Positions 39,730-57,345 are shown, counted from the first letter of the stretch. The stretch is DNA of 64,000 bases from an uncultured delta proteobacterium (GCA_963850305.1 CAWKKR010000004.1:544001-608000); one strand, 5' to 3'. Program-made: numbers and translations. The notes: generated by a model not told the origin, from the sequence alone.

Positions 39730-41010
39730 CTATCCCGACGAGCCCGCTGCGCCGAGGACCGAGCAAGCGACGTTCATTCTCACGGACGGATCGGCATCCG
39801 CCAGCGCCTCAGCCATCTCGCTCGGATGGCCCAGCTTGAAGAGCGCCACAGCCGCGCGCGCCCTGGCAGTAGGCCCATCGGTGGCCAAGTCCCGTTTAAG
39901 GAGCGGAACTGCCGCAGAATCGCCGGCGGCGACAAGCGCCAGGCGCGCCTGACGCGCTGCGCTGTCGTCGGCGTGGGCAAGGGACTCGAGATCGGTGATG
40001 GCGGCTGCTCTGCGTTTTGCAATTTCCGCCAATCGGCCGAGAGCAGAGATCCGCACGGAGGGCTCGTCGGACGTCGCCGCGATGCCGACCGCGGCGAGAG
40101 CCTCCGGGTCGTCCAGGGATGCAAGCTCGATCGCGACGCGCCGCTCGTCGGCCGTTCCCTCTGTTATCGCTCGAGCGAGCGCAGCGCGGCCCTCACGCGC
40201 TCCATCGCCGTCGAGTCGCGACAGGTCGCTCGCCGCGACGACCGCCGGGATGCTGCCACCCGACTCCACGACCCCCAGGAGTTCATCCGCACCGCCCGCG
40301 GAAAACGTCTTCGGCATGCTCCACGCATCCACTATCGCCAGCCTCTCGTCCGCGTCTGCTCCGGGCCAGAGATCGCCGAGCGCCCGTACCGTGCGCACGC
40401 CGCCGATCGCTCCGGAGGCCCGGGTGGCGATGCTACGACTCAGCGGATCCGGATCGAGCCGTGCGGTCTCGAGGAGGAGGCCGAGATCCGCCGGGTCGCG
40501 CGCCTCGAGCCCGCTCCGCAGGGCCTCGCGACGGACGCGTTCGTCACCATCGACGTAGAAGGTGCGGCGCAGTCCGGCGAGCGATGACGACGCCGTGCCT
40601 CCGGCTGCGACGGCGCGCCACGCCCCGCTGGGCGACCTTGCATACTGCTCGACGAGCGATCCGCGATTGACCGCACCTGCGTCGGCCAGAAGCAACATCG
40701 CTGCCGCACCGGCATCGTCCGATGCGCGCGCGCGCTCTCGCAGCTCGGTCTCGACGTCCTTCACGCAGCCGATGGACGAGAGGATCCTGGGCAGCACGTC
40801 GTCGCCTCGTGCGGAGCGAACCTCACGTCTCGCGACGGCTTCCGCCAAAGCCACGACGTTGCCCCGGGCCATGTGTCCGGACGCAGACGCGGCGCGGATC
40901 TCGGATTTGAGCGCCGGTAGATCTCCGTGGTACGCGGTCTTCACGTAGCCCGGCAGCGAGCAGCCGGCAGCGAGAAACGCGGCACCCAAAAACCAAGAAC
41001 GAACGGCCAT
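39730..41010 (-). CDS. HEAT-repeat lipoprotein
   Basis: Lipobox LAAGC and repeated D.D..VR..A motifs (DGDERVRREAL, DPDPLSRSIA, DEPSVRISAL, DADPSVRMNVA). Confidence 0.75.
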   Translation of the reverse strand: MAVRSWFLGAAFLAAGCSLPGYVKTAYHGDLPALKSEIRAASASGHMARGNVVALAEAVARREVRSARGDDVLPRILSSIGCVKDVETELRERARASDDAGAAAMLLLADAGAVNRGSLVEQYARSPSGAWRAVAAGGTASSSLAGLRRTFYVDGDERVRREALRSGLEARDPADLGLLLETARLDPDPLSRSIATRASGAIGGVRTVRALGDLWPGADADERLAIVDAWSMPKTFSAGGADELLGVVESGGSIPAVVAASDLSRLDGDGAREGRAALARAITEGTADERRVAIELASLDDPEALAAVGIAATSDEPSVRISALGRLAEIAKRRAAAITDLESLAHADDSAARQARLALVAAGDSAAVPLLKRDLATDGPTARARAAVALFKLGHPSEMAEALADADPSVRMNVACSVLGAAGSSG

Positions 41011-41062
41011 ATCTCTCAGCTCGGGAGCAAGGAGCGATTTGCGGCGGAACGGCCGCTCGGAC

Positions 41063-42805
<1,743 letters not shown>

Positions 42806-42866
42806 TCAGATGCGCGGTTATCGTAACTTCATCTTCGATCTTCGTGCAGAGAGAGCAAGCACAGGA

Positions 42867-43415
42867 TCAAAAGTCACCGGCGATTCCAATACCGAGACCG
42901 CCCGGCCCGAAAGACGTGGGTACGACTGCGACATGCTCGACGCCCGGATCGGCTCCTGCCGCATCCTGCCCATGAGCGCTGGCCGGCGCGGCGCTCGTCG
43001 GAAGGAACACGCCTTCGAGCAATCCGAGAAGACCCCCAACCTGTCCGATGGCGCTGAGGCTCGTGATCACGGTGCGAGTGATCACGACTCCAACGTCACA
43101 GCTGGATTCGCGGGTGGAGCAACCCGTCTTCGCGAGCGCCATGTAAGGACCCGCGACGGGAAAGCGCAGAGCGGCAGCGCTGTCTGCATCACGCCACGCG
43201 AACGAGGTGGCCAGCGCCGCACCGTACCATCCCGCGGTCACGGCAGCGCCCACTAGCAGGAGATTCGTCTGGACTGCGGGCGGAGGATACGTCGAAGGAT
43301 TCGCATCGACCTCGGCAACCACGGGCTCATCCGCCCGGACTGTCCGCGGCGCAAATACAAGAGAACCAAGGAGGCCGGCGAACATCAGCCGCTGGAGCGT
43401 CTTGGCGAACGGCAT
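42867..43415 (-). CDS. Secreted/membrane hypothetical protein
   Basis: Signal peptide (VRA), hydrophobic helices, and a C-terminal beta-strand-like GLGIGIAGDF ending in Phe. Confidence 0.65.
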   Translation of the reverse strand: MPFAKTLQRLMFAGLLGSLVFAPRTVRADEPVVAEVDANPSTYPPPAVQTNLLLVGAAVTAGWYGAALATSFAWRDADSAAALRFPVAGPYMALAKTGCSTRESSCDVGVVITRTVITSLSAIGQVGGLLGLLEGVFLPTSAAPASAHGQDAAGADPGVEHVAVVPTSFGPGGLGIGIAGDF

Positions 43416-43630
43416 CCCACCGGCCGTATGACAATGCTCCAGCCCGAACGCAAGCACTGGCACGGAGCCGCATCATTCGAGCCGCTCGAGAGTCGACTTC
43501 CCGTCGTCGTCCGGCCGGGGGAACTCCTTCGCGCACCGACCCGTCGGCGCGGGGGGCGTCGGTAACGCAACCAATCTCTACAGCGCGTTCCGATCTCACC
43601 ACCCGGGGCCAGTCGCTCTACGCTGGTCGA

Positions 43631-45142
43631 ATGCTCCGACAGGCCGCGGGATCGTTCGCGCGATTTCGTCACCGTCTCTCGCTGCGTTTCAGCTGCGCGA
43701 TCCTCGTTCTGGCCATGGCGGCCGCCGCTGACCCGGCAGCGCGGGACCAGATACGTGCGCCCGCGGCGACGCGAGCCGCGCTCGCGCCGGGTGCGGGGGT
43801 CACCGGCGCAGTCTCGGCCTTCGTCGCATGGGGAGCGACGGCGAACGCCCACGTTTCCGCCACGGTCATCGACGTCGCGACCGGCGCGCTGAGCGCGGCA
43901 GCCGATGCACATCGATTGATGAACCCCGCTTCGAACACCAAGATACTCACGGTCGCCACGGTTCTCGATCGACTTGGACCGGACTTCCATTTCACGACCG
44001 GCCTTTTCGGTAATGTTGAGAATGGCACGGTGTCGTCGCTCGTTCTGCGCGGAGACGGCGATCCCTCACTGGACACGGCTCGACTCCTCGAGCTGGCGCG
44101 TGCGCTCCCCGCCGAGGGCGTCCGGCACGTGGACGGGATCCTCGTCGACCAGAGTCGCTTCGACGACCACTTCGTGCCGCCCGCGTTCGGACAGCAGCCG
44201 GACGAATGGGCTCCCTTCCGCGCACCGGTGAGCGCCGTCTCGCTCGACCGAAACTCGGTGACGCTCGACGTCGCGCCGCGAAAGGTGGGCACTCCAGCCA
44301 CCGTGTGGTTCGACCCGCCGGGCTTCGTCGACGTGCTGGGAAGCGTCGCCACGCACCCCGGGCAAGGCGACGGAGTGAGGTTTTCACTATCGCCCAAGGG
44401 CGATCATCTCTCGGCCACGGTTGCCGGCTTTGTCGGCGAAAGCTCGCCGCGCCTGCGATTCGCCAAGCGCGTCGACGACCCTCGACTCTTTCCCGGATAC
44501 GCGCTCGCCGCCCTGCTTCGCGACCTCGGCGTGGACGTCCGTGGGAGCGTCGCGCTCGGGGGAGGCGCCGCTCGCCGTCGCATCGCGTACGTCGAGTCCC
44601 CCGCCCTGTCGGTCCTGGTTCGCGAGCTCGGCAAGAACAGCGACAACTTTTACGCAGAAACGCTCTTGAAGGCACTCGGCGCCGCGGAACATCCCGGGCC
44701 AGCGCGAACGGAAGACGGAGCCGCCACGGCGATCGAATGGCTGAAGGAAGCAGCGGGCGCCCTCGAGCCCGGAACACGGATCGTCAACGGCTCTGGGCTC
44801 TTCGATGCGAATCGCCTGACCACGTTCGAGCTCGCGACGGCGCTGCGCGTCGCCTACGTGAGTCCGCGGATCGGGCCGGATTTCGTCGCCCAGCTGGCAG
44901 TGGGCGGCGTCGACGGTACCCTGTATTCGCGATTTCGTTCGCTCGCAGGCAGGCGCGTCGTGCGCGCCAAGACAGGCACGCTCGATGACGTCGTGGCTCT
45001 GAGTGGCTACGTGCTCGCCCCACCAGGAGTGTCGCCCCTAGCGTTTTCGTTCATCGCCGAAGGCGTGACCGGGCGCCACCACGAGGCGCGGGCTCGCATC
45101 GATCGCGCCGTGGAAAGCCTCGCCGCGACGTTATGGAAGTAG
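43631..45142 (+). CDS. dacB: D-alanyl-D-alanine carboxypeptidase/endopeptidase (PBP4)
   Basis: PASNTK (SxxK), GDGDP, SDNFYAE (SxN), NGSGL, AKTGTL. Confidence 0.93.
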   Translation: MLRQAAGSFARFRHRLSLRFSCAILVLAMAAAADPAARDQIRAPAATRAALAPGAGVTGAVSAFVAWGATANAHVSATVIDVATGALSAAADAHRLMNPASNTKILTVATVLDRLGPDFHFTTGLFGNVENGTVSSLVLRGDGDPSLDTARLLELARALPAEGVRHVDGILVDQSRFDDHFVPPAFGQQPDEWAPFRAPVSAVSLDRNSVTLDVAPRKVGTPATVWFDPPGFVDVLGSVATHPGQGDGVRFSLSPKGDHLSATVAGFVGESSPRLRFAKRVDDPRLFPGYALAALLRDLGVDVRGSVALGGGAARRRIAYVESPALSVLVRELGKNSDNFYAETLLKALGAAEHPGPARTEDGAATAIEWLKEAAGALEPGTRIVNGSGLFDANRLTTFELATALRVAYVSPRIGPDFVAQLAVGGVDGTLYSRFRSLAGRRVVRAKTGTLDDVVALSGYVLAPPGVSPLAFSFIAEGVTGRHHEARARIDRAVESLAATLWK

Positions 45143-45144
45143 CG

Positions 45145-45549
45145 CTATTTCGCGGACGCCGCGATATCGTCAGCCACTTTGCGATTGATGTCCGGTGTGC
45201 ACTCGCTCTTGTCCGTGATCGCCATGCCTATGAACAGCATGACGAACAGGAACGACCCGAGGAACACGAAGACATGCATCCGGCGGTCCCACCAGAGATG
45301 CATGAACACCGCCAGCACGAGACTCGCCTTGACGCTCGCGATTACCATCGCGACCATGAAGCTGGTCTGACTGCCAAGCCCCTGTTGCGAGGCCCAGAAC
45401 GTGAGCCAGGTGAAAAACATCAATGCAGCCCAGACGCCGATCAGCATCGGGACGCTCATGGTGTGCGCGATCTCGTCGCCATGGGCCTGCCCGTGGCCGC
45501 CGTGCGCTTTGGTTTTCTCGTCGTGAGCCATGGATTTACCGGTCATCAA
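45145..45549 (-). CDS. Cytochrome c oxidase subunit IV
   Basis: Three TM helices, IASVKASLVLAVFMHL. Confidence 0.88.
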   Translation of the reverse strand: MMTGKSMAHDEKTKAHGGHGQAHGDEIAHTMSVPMLIGVWAALMFFTWLTFWASQQGLGSQTSFMVAMVIASVKASLVLAVFMHLWWDRRMHVFVFLGSFLFVMLFIGMAITDKSECTPDINRKVADDIAASAK

Positions 45550-46370
45550 TCAATCAGATAGAGGAGCGGGAATAGATAGATCCAGATCAAGTCCACGAGA
45601 TGCCAGTAGAGCGCCGCATAGTCGATCGGTCCGAAATACTTTGGACCGAACTGACGTTTGCCCGCCTTGATCAGCATCCAGATCCAGACACCCATCCCGA
45701 CGAGCACGTGGATGCCGTGCAAGCCGGTCATGCAAAAATAGAGTGCAAAGAACCGAGCCGCGTTCCGGGGTGGCTCGAATTTGTACGGATGACCGCGCGT
45801 CACGAGCTTCTCGGCTGCCGCGATCCCCGCGGGCGTGCCTTGCAAGAAGCCATCCGGCGGGGGCCCGTTCTTGCGCGCGTAAGACGGCTGCTCCCAGACC
45901 TCCTCCGTCGGGTGGAAGTAGTGCCCTGGAAGCAGTCCCGCGTGAAACTTGTGGTGGTACTCCGTGTACTTCACGAACATGAACGTCGAAGCGCAGAGCA
46001 ACGTCAGCACGATGTTAACCATGAGATGGCGGTGCTGCTGAAGCTGGGCATTCCGAACGGCCCATGCTGCGGTTAAGCTGCTGAAAATGAGCACGCTCGT
46101 GTTGAGCGCACCGAGCCTCGTATCGAGAAAGTAGTGGCCCCACTCGAACACATCGGGATCGAGGGTCCGGTAGACCGCGTAGGCGCAGAAGAGCCCGCTG
46201 AAGAACAGGATCTCGGTGACCAGAAAGAGCCAGATTCCGAACTTTCCAGCTTCGAACTGCTGCTTCGCTGTGTCGAAGTGGTGCGCCAGGAACGGGTTTT
46301 CCGCGTGCGCTGCGTCCTGGGCGTGGCCACCGCCGTGACCGTGGATGGCTTCAGCAGTCGTGTCGGTCAT
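45546..46370 (-). CDS. ctaE: Cytochrome c oxidase subunit III
   Basis: [37 protein letters not shown]. Confidence 0.95.
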   Translation of the reverse strand: MTDTTAEAIHGHGGGHAQDAAHAENPFLAHHFDTAKQQFEAGKFGIWLFLVTEILFFSGLFCAYAVYRTLDPDVFEWGHYFLDTRLGALNTSVLIFSSLTAAWAVRNAQLQQHRHLMVNIVLTLLCASTFMFVKYTEYHHKFHAGLLPGHYFHPTEEVWEQPSYARKNGPPPDGFLQGTPAGIAAAEKLVTRGHPYKFEPPRNAARFFALYFCMTGLHGIHVLVGMGVWIWMLIKAGKRQFGPKYFGPIDYAALYWHLVDLIWIYLFPLLYLID

Positions 46371-48041
46371 GATTCTGCCTTGCTACGTTCGTAGCCGCCG
46401 ATCTCGTCCTTGTACTCCCAGTTCTCGTAATCGTACGGACCTTCCGTCACGTGAGGGATCTTGTCGAAGTTGTAGTACGCGGGCGGCGACGGCAGTGTCC
46501 ACTCGAGCGTGTTCGCTCCCCACGGGTTTGCGGGCGCATCCGGCTTCTTCCTGAAAGTCCGGAGCAGCGACACGGTCGTGATGAGGAAGCCGATGCCCAG
46601 GATGAATGCCCCGATCGTCGATACCTGGTGGAACGGCTGGAACTCCGGAATGTAATTGTAGTATCGGCGCGGCATACCGCGAGCACCCATGATGAACTGG
46701 GGGAAGAACGTGACGTTCAACCCGACGAACACTAGAAGAGCGCCGAACTGACCCGTCTTTTCGTTGTACATGCGCCCGAACATCTTCGGCCACCAGTAGT
46801 GCAGACCGCCAAAGAATGCCGTGATGGCGCCGCCCATCATCACATAGTGAAAGTGCGCTACGACGAAGTAGGTGTCGTGCAAGTGCACGTCCGTGCTCAT
46901 CGTAGAGAGGAAAAGCCCTGTCATTCCACCGATGGTGAAGACCCAGAGGAACATCAACGCGTACAGCATCGGCGTTTCCAGGTGGATCGTGCCCTTGTAC
47001 ATTGTCGAGATCCAGTTCAGGACCTTGATGGCCGTCGGGATCGCGATCAGAAACGTGATGCCGCTGAAGATACTTCCTGCGAGCACCGACTGGCCGCTAA
47101 CGAACATGTGGTGGCCCCAGACGAGGAAGCTGAGGATCGCGATCGCAACGCTCGACAGCGCGATGAAGCTGTATCCGAAGAGTTGCTTTCGTGAGAATAC
47201 CGGGATGATCTCGCTGATCACGCCGAACGCCGGAACGACCATGATGTAAACGGCCGGGTGCGAGTAGAACCAGAAAAAGTGCTGAAACAGCACTGGATCG
47301 CCGCCCAGCGACGGGTCGAAGATGCCGATGCCGAAGGCCCTTTCGACGATGAGCATGAGGAGCGTGATACCGAGAACCGGCGTCGCGAGCACCTGCATGA
47401 TGGCCGTGGAATACAAACCCCAGACGAACAAGGGTAGCTTGAACCACGTCAGCCCCGGCGCGCGCATCTTGTGAATCGTCACGAGGAAGTTCAGGCCCGT
47501 GAAGATCGAGCTAAACCCGAGAATGAACACGCCGGTCAGGGCGGGGATGACGGCAGTCGGCGTCGTGGTGCTGTAGGGCGTGTAGAAGGTCCATCCCGTG
47601 TCCGCCGCGCTCACGTAGAGCGAAACGAGGAGGAAGCACGCGCCAATGATCCACATGTACCAGCTCATCAAGTTGAGCTTTGGAAACGCGACGTCCTTCG
47701 CGCCCAGGTGGAGCGGCAGTACGAAGTTGCCAAGCGCGGCAGGGATCCCGGGCACGATGACGAGAAACACCATGACCGCGCCGTGGAACGTGAAACACCT
47801 GATTATAGGTGTCCGCATCCATGATCGTGCGACCTGGTGCCCACAGTTCGGTGCGCATCAGGAGTGCGAACGTTCCGCCGAACGCGAAAGCCAGGATGAC
47901 GCAACAGAAGTACATCACCCCGATCCGCTTGTGATCGAGGGTGAACAGCCACGATGCCAACCCCTTGTCGTGGGTCAGGTAGTTGTCGTCCGCGCTCCCG
48001 GGGGTTGGAGCGGCAGCGGCGGTGGTGGTGGTGGACGCCAT
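46367..48041 (-). CDS. ctaD: Cytochrome c oxidase subunit I, type A2 (frameshift near 47800)
   Basis: [28 protein letters not shown] (A2 signature), [24 protein letters not shown]. Confidence 0.95.
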
Positions 48042-48051
48042 GGCTCTTCCC

Positions 48052-49059
48052 TTACTTCTGCGCCTTGATGAAGGCGATGATACCGTCGATCTTCTTGTCG
48101 CTCAGCTTGCCCTTGAAGGTCGGCATAACCGGCGGGAATCCCTGAACGATCTTCGCCTGTGGGTCGAGGATCGACTCGCGGATGTAGGCCTCGTCGACCA
48201 CTTTTGGCGGTCCTCCGACGGAGAACGTTTCCGTTCGTCCGAACATGCCCTTCCACGTCGGACCGGTCTTGGCCGAGCCGTCGATGGAGTGACACCCCGA
48301 GCAGCCATTTTGATTGTACATGAGCTGACCGAGCTGCACTGGGGGCATCAGCTCGAGCTTTTTGCCGGCCTCGACCAGCCATTTCTGGAAGTCCTCGGGG
48401 GTGTGCGCAATCACCTTGGTGATCATCCCGGAGTGGTTCGTGCCGCAATATTGATCGCAAAAGACCGGGTACTCGCCCGGCTGCGTCGCCTCGAACCAGA
48501 GTTCGGTATAGCGACCGGGAACCACGTCCTCTTTCGTACGGAACGCCGGCAAGCCGAAGCTATGTACGACGTCGACCGAGCTCATCACCGCCCGCACTTT
48601 CCGACCGACCGGAACGTGAAGCACGTCATCGGTATAGCCGTTCGGATACTCGAACAACCACTTCCACTTCTGCCCGGTGACGCGGATCTCGTAGGCGTCC
48701 TTCGGCGTCGTGCGGAGCTCGACGAACCCCTGGAATCCCCAGGCAAACATCGCGAGCAGGATCGGCAGCGGCACGATCGACCAAACGAGCTCGAGACCGG
48801 TGTGGTGCCCGGCACTCGGTTGCGGTTTGTCGTGTCTCGACTTTGCCCGGTATTTGACGATGAAGAAGATCATCAACGCCATCAAGAGCCCGACGCAAAA
48901 GACGCTGGCCCACATGATGAAATCGAAGAGGCGGTCGACGGGCGCTGCCGTCACGGACCCTTCAACGGGTAGCCAGAAATAGGGCGAGGGCGCGAGGTGA
49001 GGCGCGTTCGCAGGTTGTGTGTAGGGAGCGAACGACAAAAGAGAGAACGGGTTCATCAT
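48052..49059 (-). CDS. ctaC: Cytochrome c oxidase subunit II with fused cytochrome c (caa3 type)
   Basis: LELVWS, GQKWKW, DVVHSF, CuA motif CDQYCGTNHSGM, heme motif CSGCH. Confidence 0.95.
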   Translation of the reverse strand: MMNPFSLLSFAPYTQPANAPHLAPSPYFWLPVEGSVTAAPVDRLFDFIMWASVFCVGLLMALMIFFIVKYRAKSRHDKPQPSAGHHTGLELVWSIVPLPILLAMFAWGFQGFVELRTTPKDAYEIRVTGQKWKWLFEYPNGYTDDVLHVPVGRKVRAVMSSVDVVHSFGLPAFRTKEDVVPGRYTELWFEATQPGEYPVFCDQYCGTNHSGMITKVIAHTPEDFQKWLVEAGKKLELMPPVQLGQLMYNQNGCSGCHSIDGSAKTGPTWKGMFGRTETFSVGGPPKVVDEAYIRESILDPQAKIVQGFPPVMPTFKGKLSDKKIDGIIAFIKAQK

Positions 49060-49222
49060 AATGGTGAGCTCCGAGAGCCCTCGCTCGGGGATGCCGAGGA
49101 GTTACTTTTCGCGGCTGCAGCCGCCCCTGACGCCATTCCGACAAGCGACGACGCTGCCAGGCAGGCTAGAAACCTGCTGGCGATGCACTCAGAGCGGCTA
49201 ACGGCGAACATCGGCGCGAATT

Positions 49223-49687
49223 CTACTTCTTCCCGCTTCTGTTTCCGGGCTTCGCGGCAACGTGCGTCTCGTCCTTCTCATTATGACCTGCAGCCCCCGC
49301 GTTCTTCTCGGCCGGAGGAGCGGATTCGACGGCGGCAGGCGGTGCGGGCGGCGCCACCGAAGCTGAGTAGGGGTTCTTCTGGATCTCGGTGGTGACTAGC
49401 TCCATCGCGCGATCGATCGGAATCGAGACGAGTCCCTTGGATCGATCCACCCAGCTGGGTGGTGCCTCGAGCGTTGTGCTTTGCTCCGCCTTCAGACGTC
49501 TCACGGCACCGAGGTTCGCGTACGCGCCGACCTCCTGCCCGTAGCGGGTCGATTCGGACCGGACGAGAGCCGTGAGCGAAGCTGCAATCGCGATCACGAG
49601 CAACGCACCGACGATCGCAATGGTGGCGACGAGCCCGACGTTGATGTCATCTGGCTCCGTTGTTTCCTGGGCTGTGGGAGAACTCAT
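49223..49687 (-). CDS. Single-TM protein at the ActG-like position of the ACIII operon
   Basis: N-terminal TM helix and WVD...VSIPIDRAMELV. Overlaps the end region of the actF unit. Confidence 0.65.
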   Translation of the reverse strand: MSSPTAQETTEPDDINVGLVATIAIVGALLVIAIAASLTALVRSESTRYGQEVGAYANLGAVRRLKAEQSTTLEAPPSWVDRSKGLVSIPIDRAMELVTTEIQKNPYSASVAPPAPPAAVESAPPAEKNAGAAGHNEKDETHVAAKPGNRSGKK

Positions 49688-49700
49688 CGACGGCTACTCC

Positions 49701-50918
49701 TCAGAGGTTCTGGAACGCGAGCGAATCCGCGAGGCGTGGATCCTTGGTCGGGACCAGATTCAAACCCTTGGCACGCATGGCCGCACCTCCGACGAAGAGA
49801 CCGACCACACCGACCCAACAGAGTACGTCCACCACGTGGAATGGAACCACGCCGTGGCTGAGGCTCGGCATGACGAGCCAGTAGATATCCACCCACTCGA
49901 CGATAAGCAGCCAGAAGGCCCAGAATGCCAGAGTCTTCCGGTTCCTCTTGACGTGACGGGACAGGAGCCCGAAGAACGGCAGCACGAAGTGGCAGGCCAG
50001 GAGTGCCCACGACACGACGCCCCACTCCCCGGTGAAGCGATCTTTGAACCAGTGGGTCTCCTCCGGCATGTCGCCATACCAGATGAGCATGAACTGGGAG
50101 AACGCGATGTAGGACCAGAAGATGACGAACGCGAACATCATCTTCCCGAGATCGTGGAAGTGCTCGCGGTTCACGGAGTGAGTGAGCCGCCCTTTGCCCT
50201 GCAGCCACATGAGCGCCAGCGCGAGAAACGAGTATGCCGAGGAGACGCAGCCGGCGAAGTAGTAGACACCGAAGATCGTCGAGAAAAAGTCCGGATCCAG
50301 CGTCATGATCAGATCGATGGCGCAGAACGTGAGGGTGATCGCAAAGGCGACCATGGCAGGCGCGCTCAACGACTGCAGGGAAGCGTTGATCTCCGCCTTA
50401 CCCGACGCGTCTTGATCGACCGACTGCTTCAGGAAATGGCGAGAAAGAAGCGCCCAGAACCCGAAGTAGACGACCATCCGAACCAGGAAGAACTTGATCC
50501 CGAGATAACCGGCCTTGTGTCCAAGCGATGCGCTGGCCGCCACCTTGGCAGCGTCCGACCATTCGTAGATCTCGGACCGCCCAAGAATGACCGGGACGAT
50601 GACCGGCAGGGACAGCAGCGCGAGCATCGGCATGTTGGCCGCGATGATCTCCGCAACCCGTCGAACCACGACGCTCCAGCGGGCATTCGTGAGATGCTGG
50701 ATCGCGACGAACCAGAGTGATCCCAGCCCGATCGCCAGGCCGTACATGAACGCGACCAGATAAGACGACGCAAACTGCTTCGCGAAGGGTCCACCGCCGA
50801 GAACGAGCGCAAGGATCAAGGCGACGCCCCCGATCCCCATCGCTTTCTTGCCGAAGCTGGAAGCTTCGTCGCCAATCTGGATGTTATCGTCGAGGTGAAT
50901 CTCTTTACCGTGTGACAT
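49701..50918 (-). CDS. actF: Alternative complex III membrane subunit ActF
   Basis: HLTNARWSVVVRRVAE, KAGYL..FFLVR, FFSTIFG, HDLGK, FSQFMLIWY. Confidence 0.9.
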   Translation of the reverse strand: MSHGKEIHLDDNIQIGDEASSFGKKAMGIGGVALILALVLGGGPFAKQFASSYLVAFMYGLAIGLGSLWFVAIQHLTNARWSVVVRRVAEIIAANMPMLALLSLPVIVPVILGRSEIYEWSDAAKVAASASLGHKAGYLGIKFFLVRMVVYFGFWALLSRHFLKQSVDQDASGKAEINASLQSLSAPAMVAFAITLTFCAIDLIMTLDPDFFSTIFGVYYFAGCVSSAYSFLALALMWLQGKGRLTHSVNREHFHDLGKMMFAFVIFWSYIAFSQFMLIWYGDMPEETHWFKDRFTGEWGVVSWALLACHFVLPFFGLLSRHVKRNRKTLAFWAFWLLIVEWVDIYWLVMPSLSHGVVPFHVVDVLCWVGVVGLFVGGAAMRAKGLNLVPTKDPRLADSLAFQNL

Positions 50919-50935
50919 CTTGATTCTCGCCGCCT

Positions 50936-52168
50936 CTACTTGAGGGAGGCACGCTCCTCTGCGGAGAGGTCGTGAGTCGTGCCCGACCGGCTGCGCTGGA
51001 GCGCACGAACATAGAGAATGATCTTCCAGCGATCCTCGGGGGGGATCTGGCGTCCGTACGCCGGCATGTTCCGCACGCCGTTCGTGATCGTGTCGAACAA
51101 CTGTCCCACCGGGAACTGTCGCACGCGCTCCTCGGTGATGTTCGCCGGGGGAACCCAGGTTCCTTCTGCAAGCGAGGCCGCACGTTGTGCGACCATTCCA
51201 TCGCCCTCGCCTGCCTGGCCGTGGCAGGGCGTGCAATAGATACCGAACCGCTCCTTGCCGCGAGCCATGGCCGCCGCGTCGATCTTGATAGCGTCGGGGA
51301 AGGTACGAGCGAACGAGCCATTCACCTTGCCGGCGTAGAGATGCTGGTCGTCATGAAGTTCCCCCCATGCGACCGTTCCCTCGACCTGCGGCCGGTCTGC
51401 GCGCTTGTCGGCGAAGAAGTCATTCTCGCGCTGCGCCCGGTACTTCTCCTGGAAATCCATGTCCTGAACGATGTCGAACCGCGGCGTAGGCGTCCTCGAT
51501 TCCCGGGCATAAGCCGATATCGCAAACGGGAGAGTCGAAGCGGCGGCAAGGATGAGGAGCACGTAGAGGATGCCGCGCGGTAACTCTGCCTGCGAATGGA
51601 CATCCTCGGGAACGGCTTCGACGGCCGTGGCTCCCGACGTCTCCAGAAGCGAGCGAGTGTCCTTCTCGTCGAATACTGGGTCGCTGGCTTGCACCAGGAC
51701 ATAGAAGCGGTCGTCCGTTGACCGCGCAAAGCGCTCCTTGAGATCGAGGGGATGCGCCGGCATGGGCAGCTTGTTGAGCGCGAGCATGCCGAACACTGCC
51801 GTGAGCGCGCTGAAGAGAACGGTGAGCTCGAACGTGATCGGGATGTTCGCGGGTAGGCTCCAGAACGGCTTGCCGCTGATCAGGAACGGGAAATCTACCG
51901 CGTTCGCCCACCACTGAAACCCCACGGCTACCGTGCACCCTGTGAGACCTCCGGCGAGGACGAGCCACGGCAAGATCGTCGGCTTGACACCCATTGCCGC
52001 GTCGATGCCGTGGACGGGAAACGGGCTGAACGTGTCCCAATCTCGGAACCCTGCGTTCCGGACCTTTTCCGCGCCTTTGATCAGCGCGTCGGCCGAGTCG
52101 TATTCGGCGAGGAGCCCGTGGAGGGGTGCGTCGCCGGAGGGAGCCTTTGGTGTTGCTTCGTGGCTCAT
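50936..52168 (-). CDS. Alternative complex III ActD-ActE fusion
   Basis: ActD part (DTFSPFPVHG, SGKP..PANIPITFELTVL) followed by ActE part (QDMDFQEKY, CTPCH, GVRNMPAY). Confidence 0.88.
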   Translation of the reverse strand: MSHEATPKAPSGDAPLHGLLAEYDSADALIKGAEKVRNAGFRDWDTFSPFPVHGIDAAMGVKPTILPWLVLAGGLTGCTVAVGFQWWANAVDFPFLISGKPFWSLPANIPITFELTVLFSALTAVFGMLALNKLPMPAHPLDLKERFARSTDDRFYVLVQASDPVFDEKDTRSLLETSGATAVEAVPEDVHSQAELPRGILYVLLILAAASTLPFAISAYARESRTPTPRFDIVQDMDFQEKYRAQRENDFFADKRADRPQVEGTVAWGELHDDQHLYAGKVNGSFARTFPDAIKIDAAAMARGKERFGIYCTPCHGQAGEGDGMVAQRAASLAEGTWVPPANITEERVRQFPVGQLFDTITNGVRNMPAYGRQIPPEDRWKIILYVRALQRSRSGTTHDLSAEERASLK

Positions 52169-52175
52169 GTTGACC

Positions 52176-56628
<4,453 letters not shown>

Positions 56629-56641
<13 letters not shown>

Positions 56642-57285
56642 GTGGAGCAGTCAGTCGAGGGGTGGAGGTTGTTCTTCAGAGCGAGCATTTTGCCGTACTC
56701 AACCGGGTCCGCACCATTCGGCGGCGTCCACGTCATGTTCGTGACCTCCGACGGCGGTCTCAGGTTCTTGTAAGGGTTGCGATGACAATCAAGGCACCAG
56801 CCCATGCTGAGCGGAGCGAACTGGTAGACCTCCTGCATCTGATCAATCCGACCATGACACGTGACGCATCCCACTCCGCGCGTCACGTGAGCACTGTGAT
56901 TGAAGTAGACGTAGTCGGGGAGGTCGTGGACTTTCTTCCACACGACCGCAGTGCCGTTCTGCCAGCTGTCCCTGATCAATGCGAGCTTGGGACTCTTCGT
57001 GCGAACGCGAGCGTGGCAATTCATGCACGTCTCGGTCGGTGGGATCGCGGCCTGCGCCGCTCGCTCCACCGTGTTGTGGCAATACCGACAATCGATCCCG
57101 AGCTCGCCGGCGTGCAGCGCGTGGCTGTACGGCACGGGCTGCTTAGGTTCGAAGCCGACGTCGGTCGTCTTCGGCGACGCGCCATACCAGACGAGACAGA
57201 TCAGATAAACCGGCGCGAGCCCGAGCACGACGCCCGCGAGCTGAACCGTCTTGTTCGCCCATCTAGGGAATACGAATCGTTTCAT
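56629..57285 (-). CDS. actA: Alternative complex III pentaheme cytochrome c ActA
   Basis: One TM helix and five CxxCH motifs (CRYCH, CMNCH, CVTCH, CLDCH, CSTCH). Confidence 0.93.
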
Positions 57286-57345
57286 TTCAAGAAACCCGAC
57301 TCTCGGAACTTCCGGACACGAACGAGTCCCATCCCCCCGCGAGGA

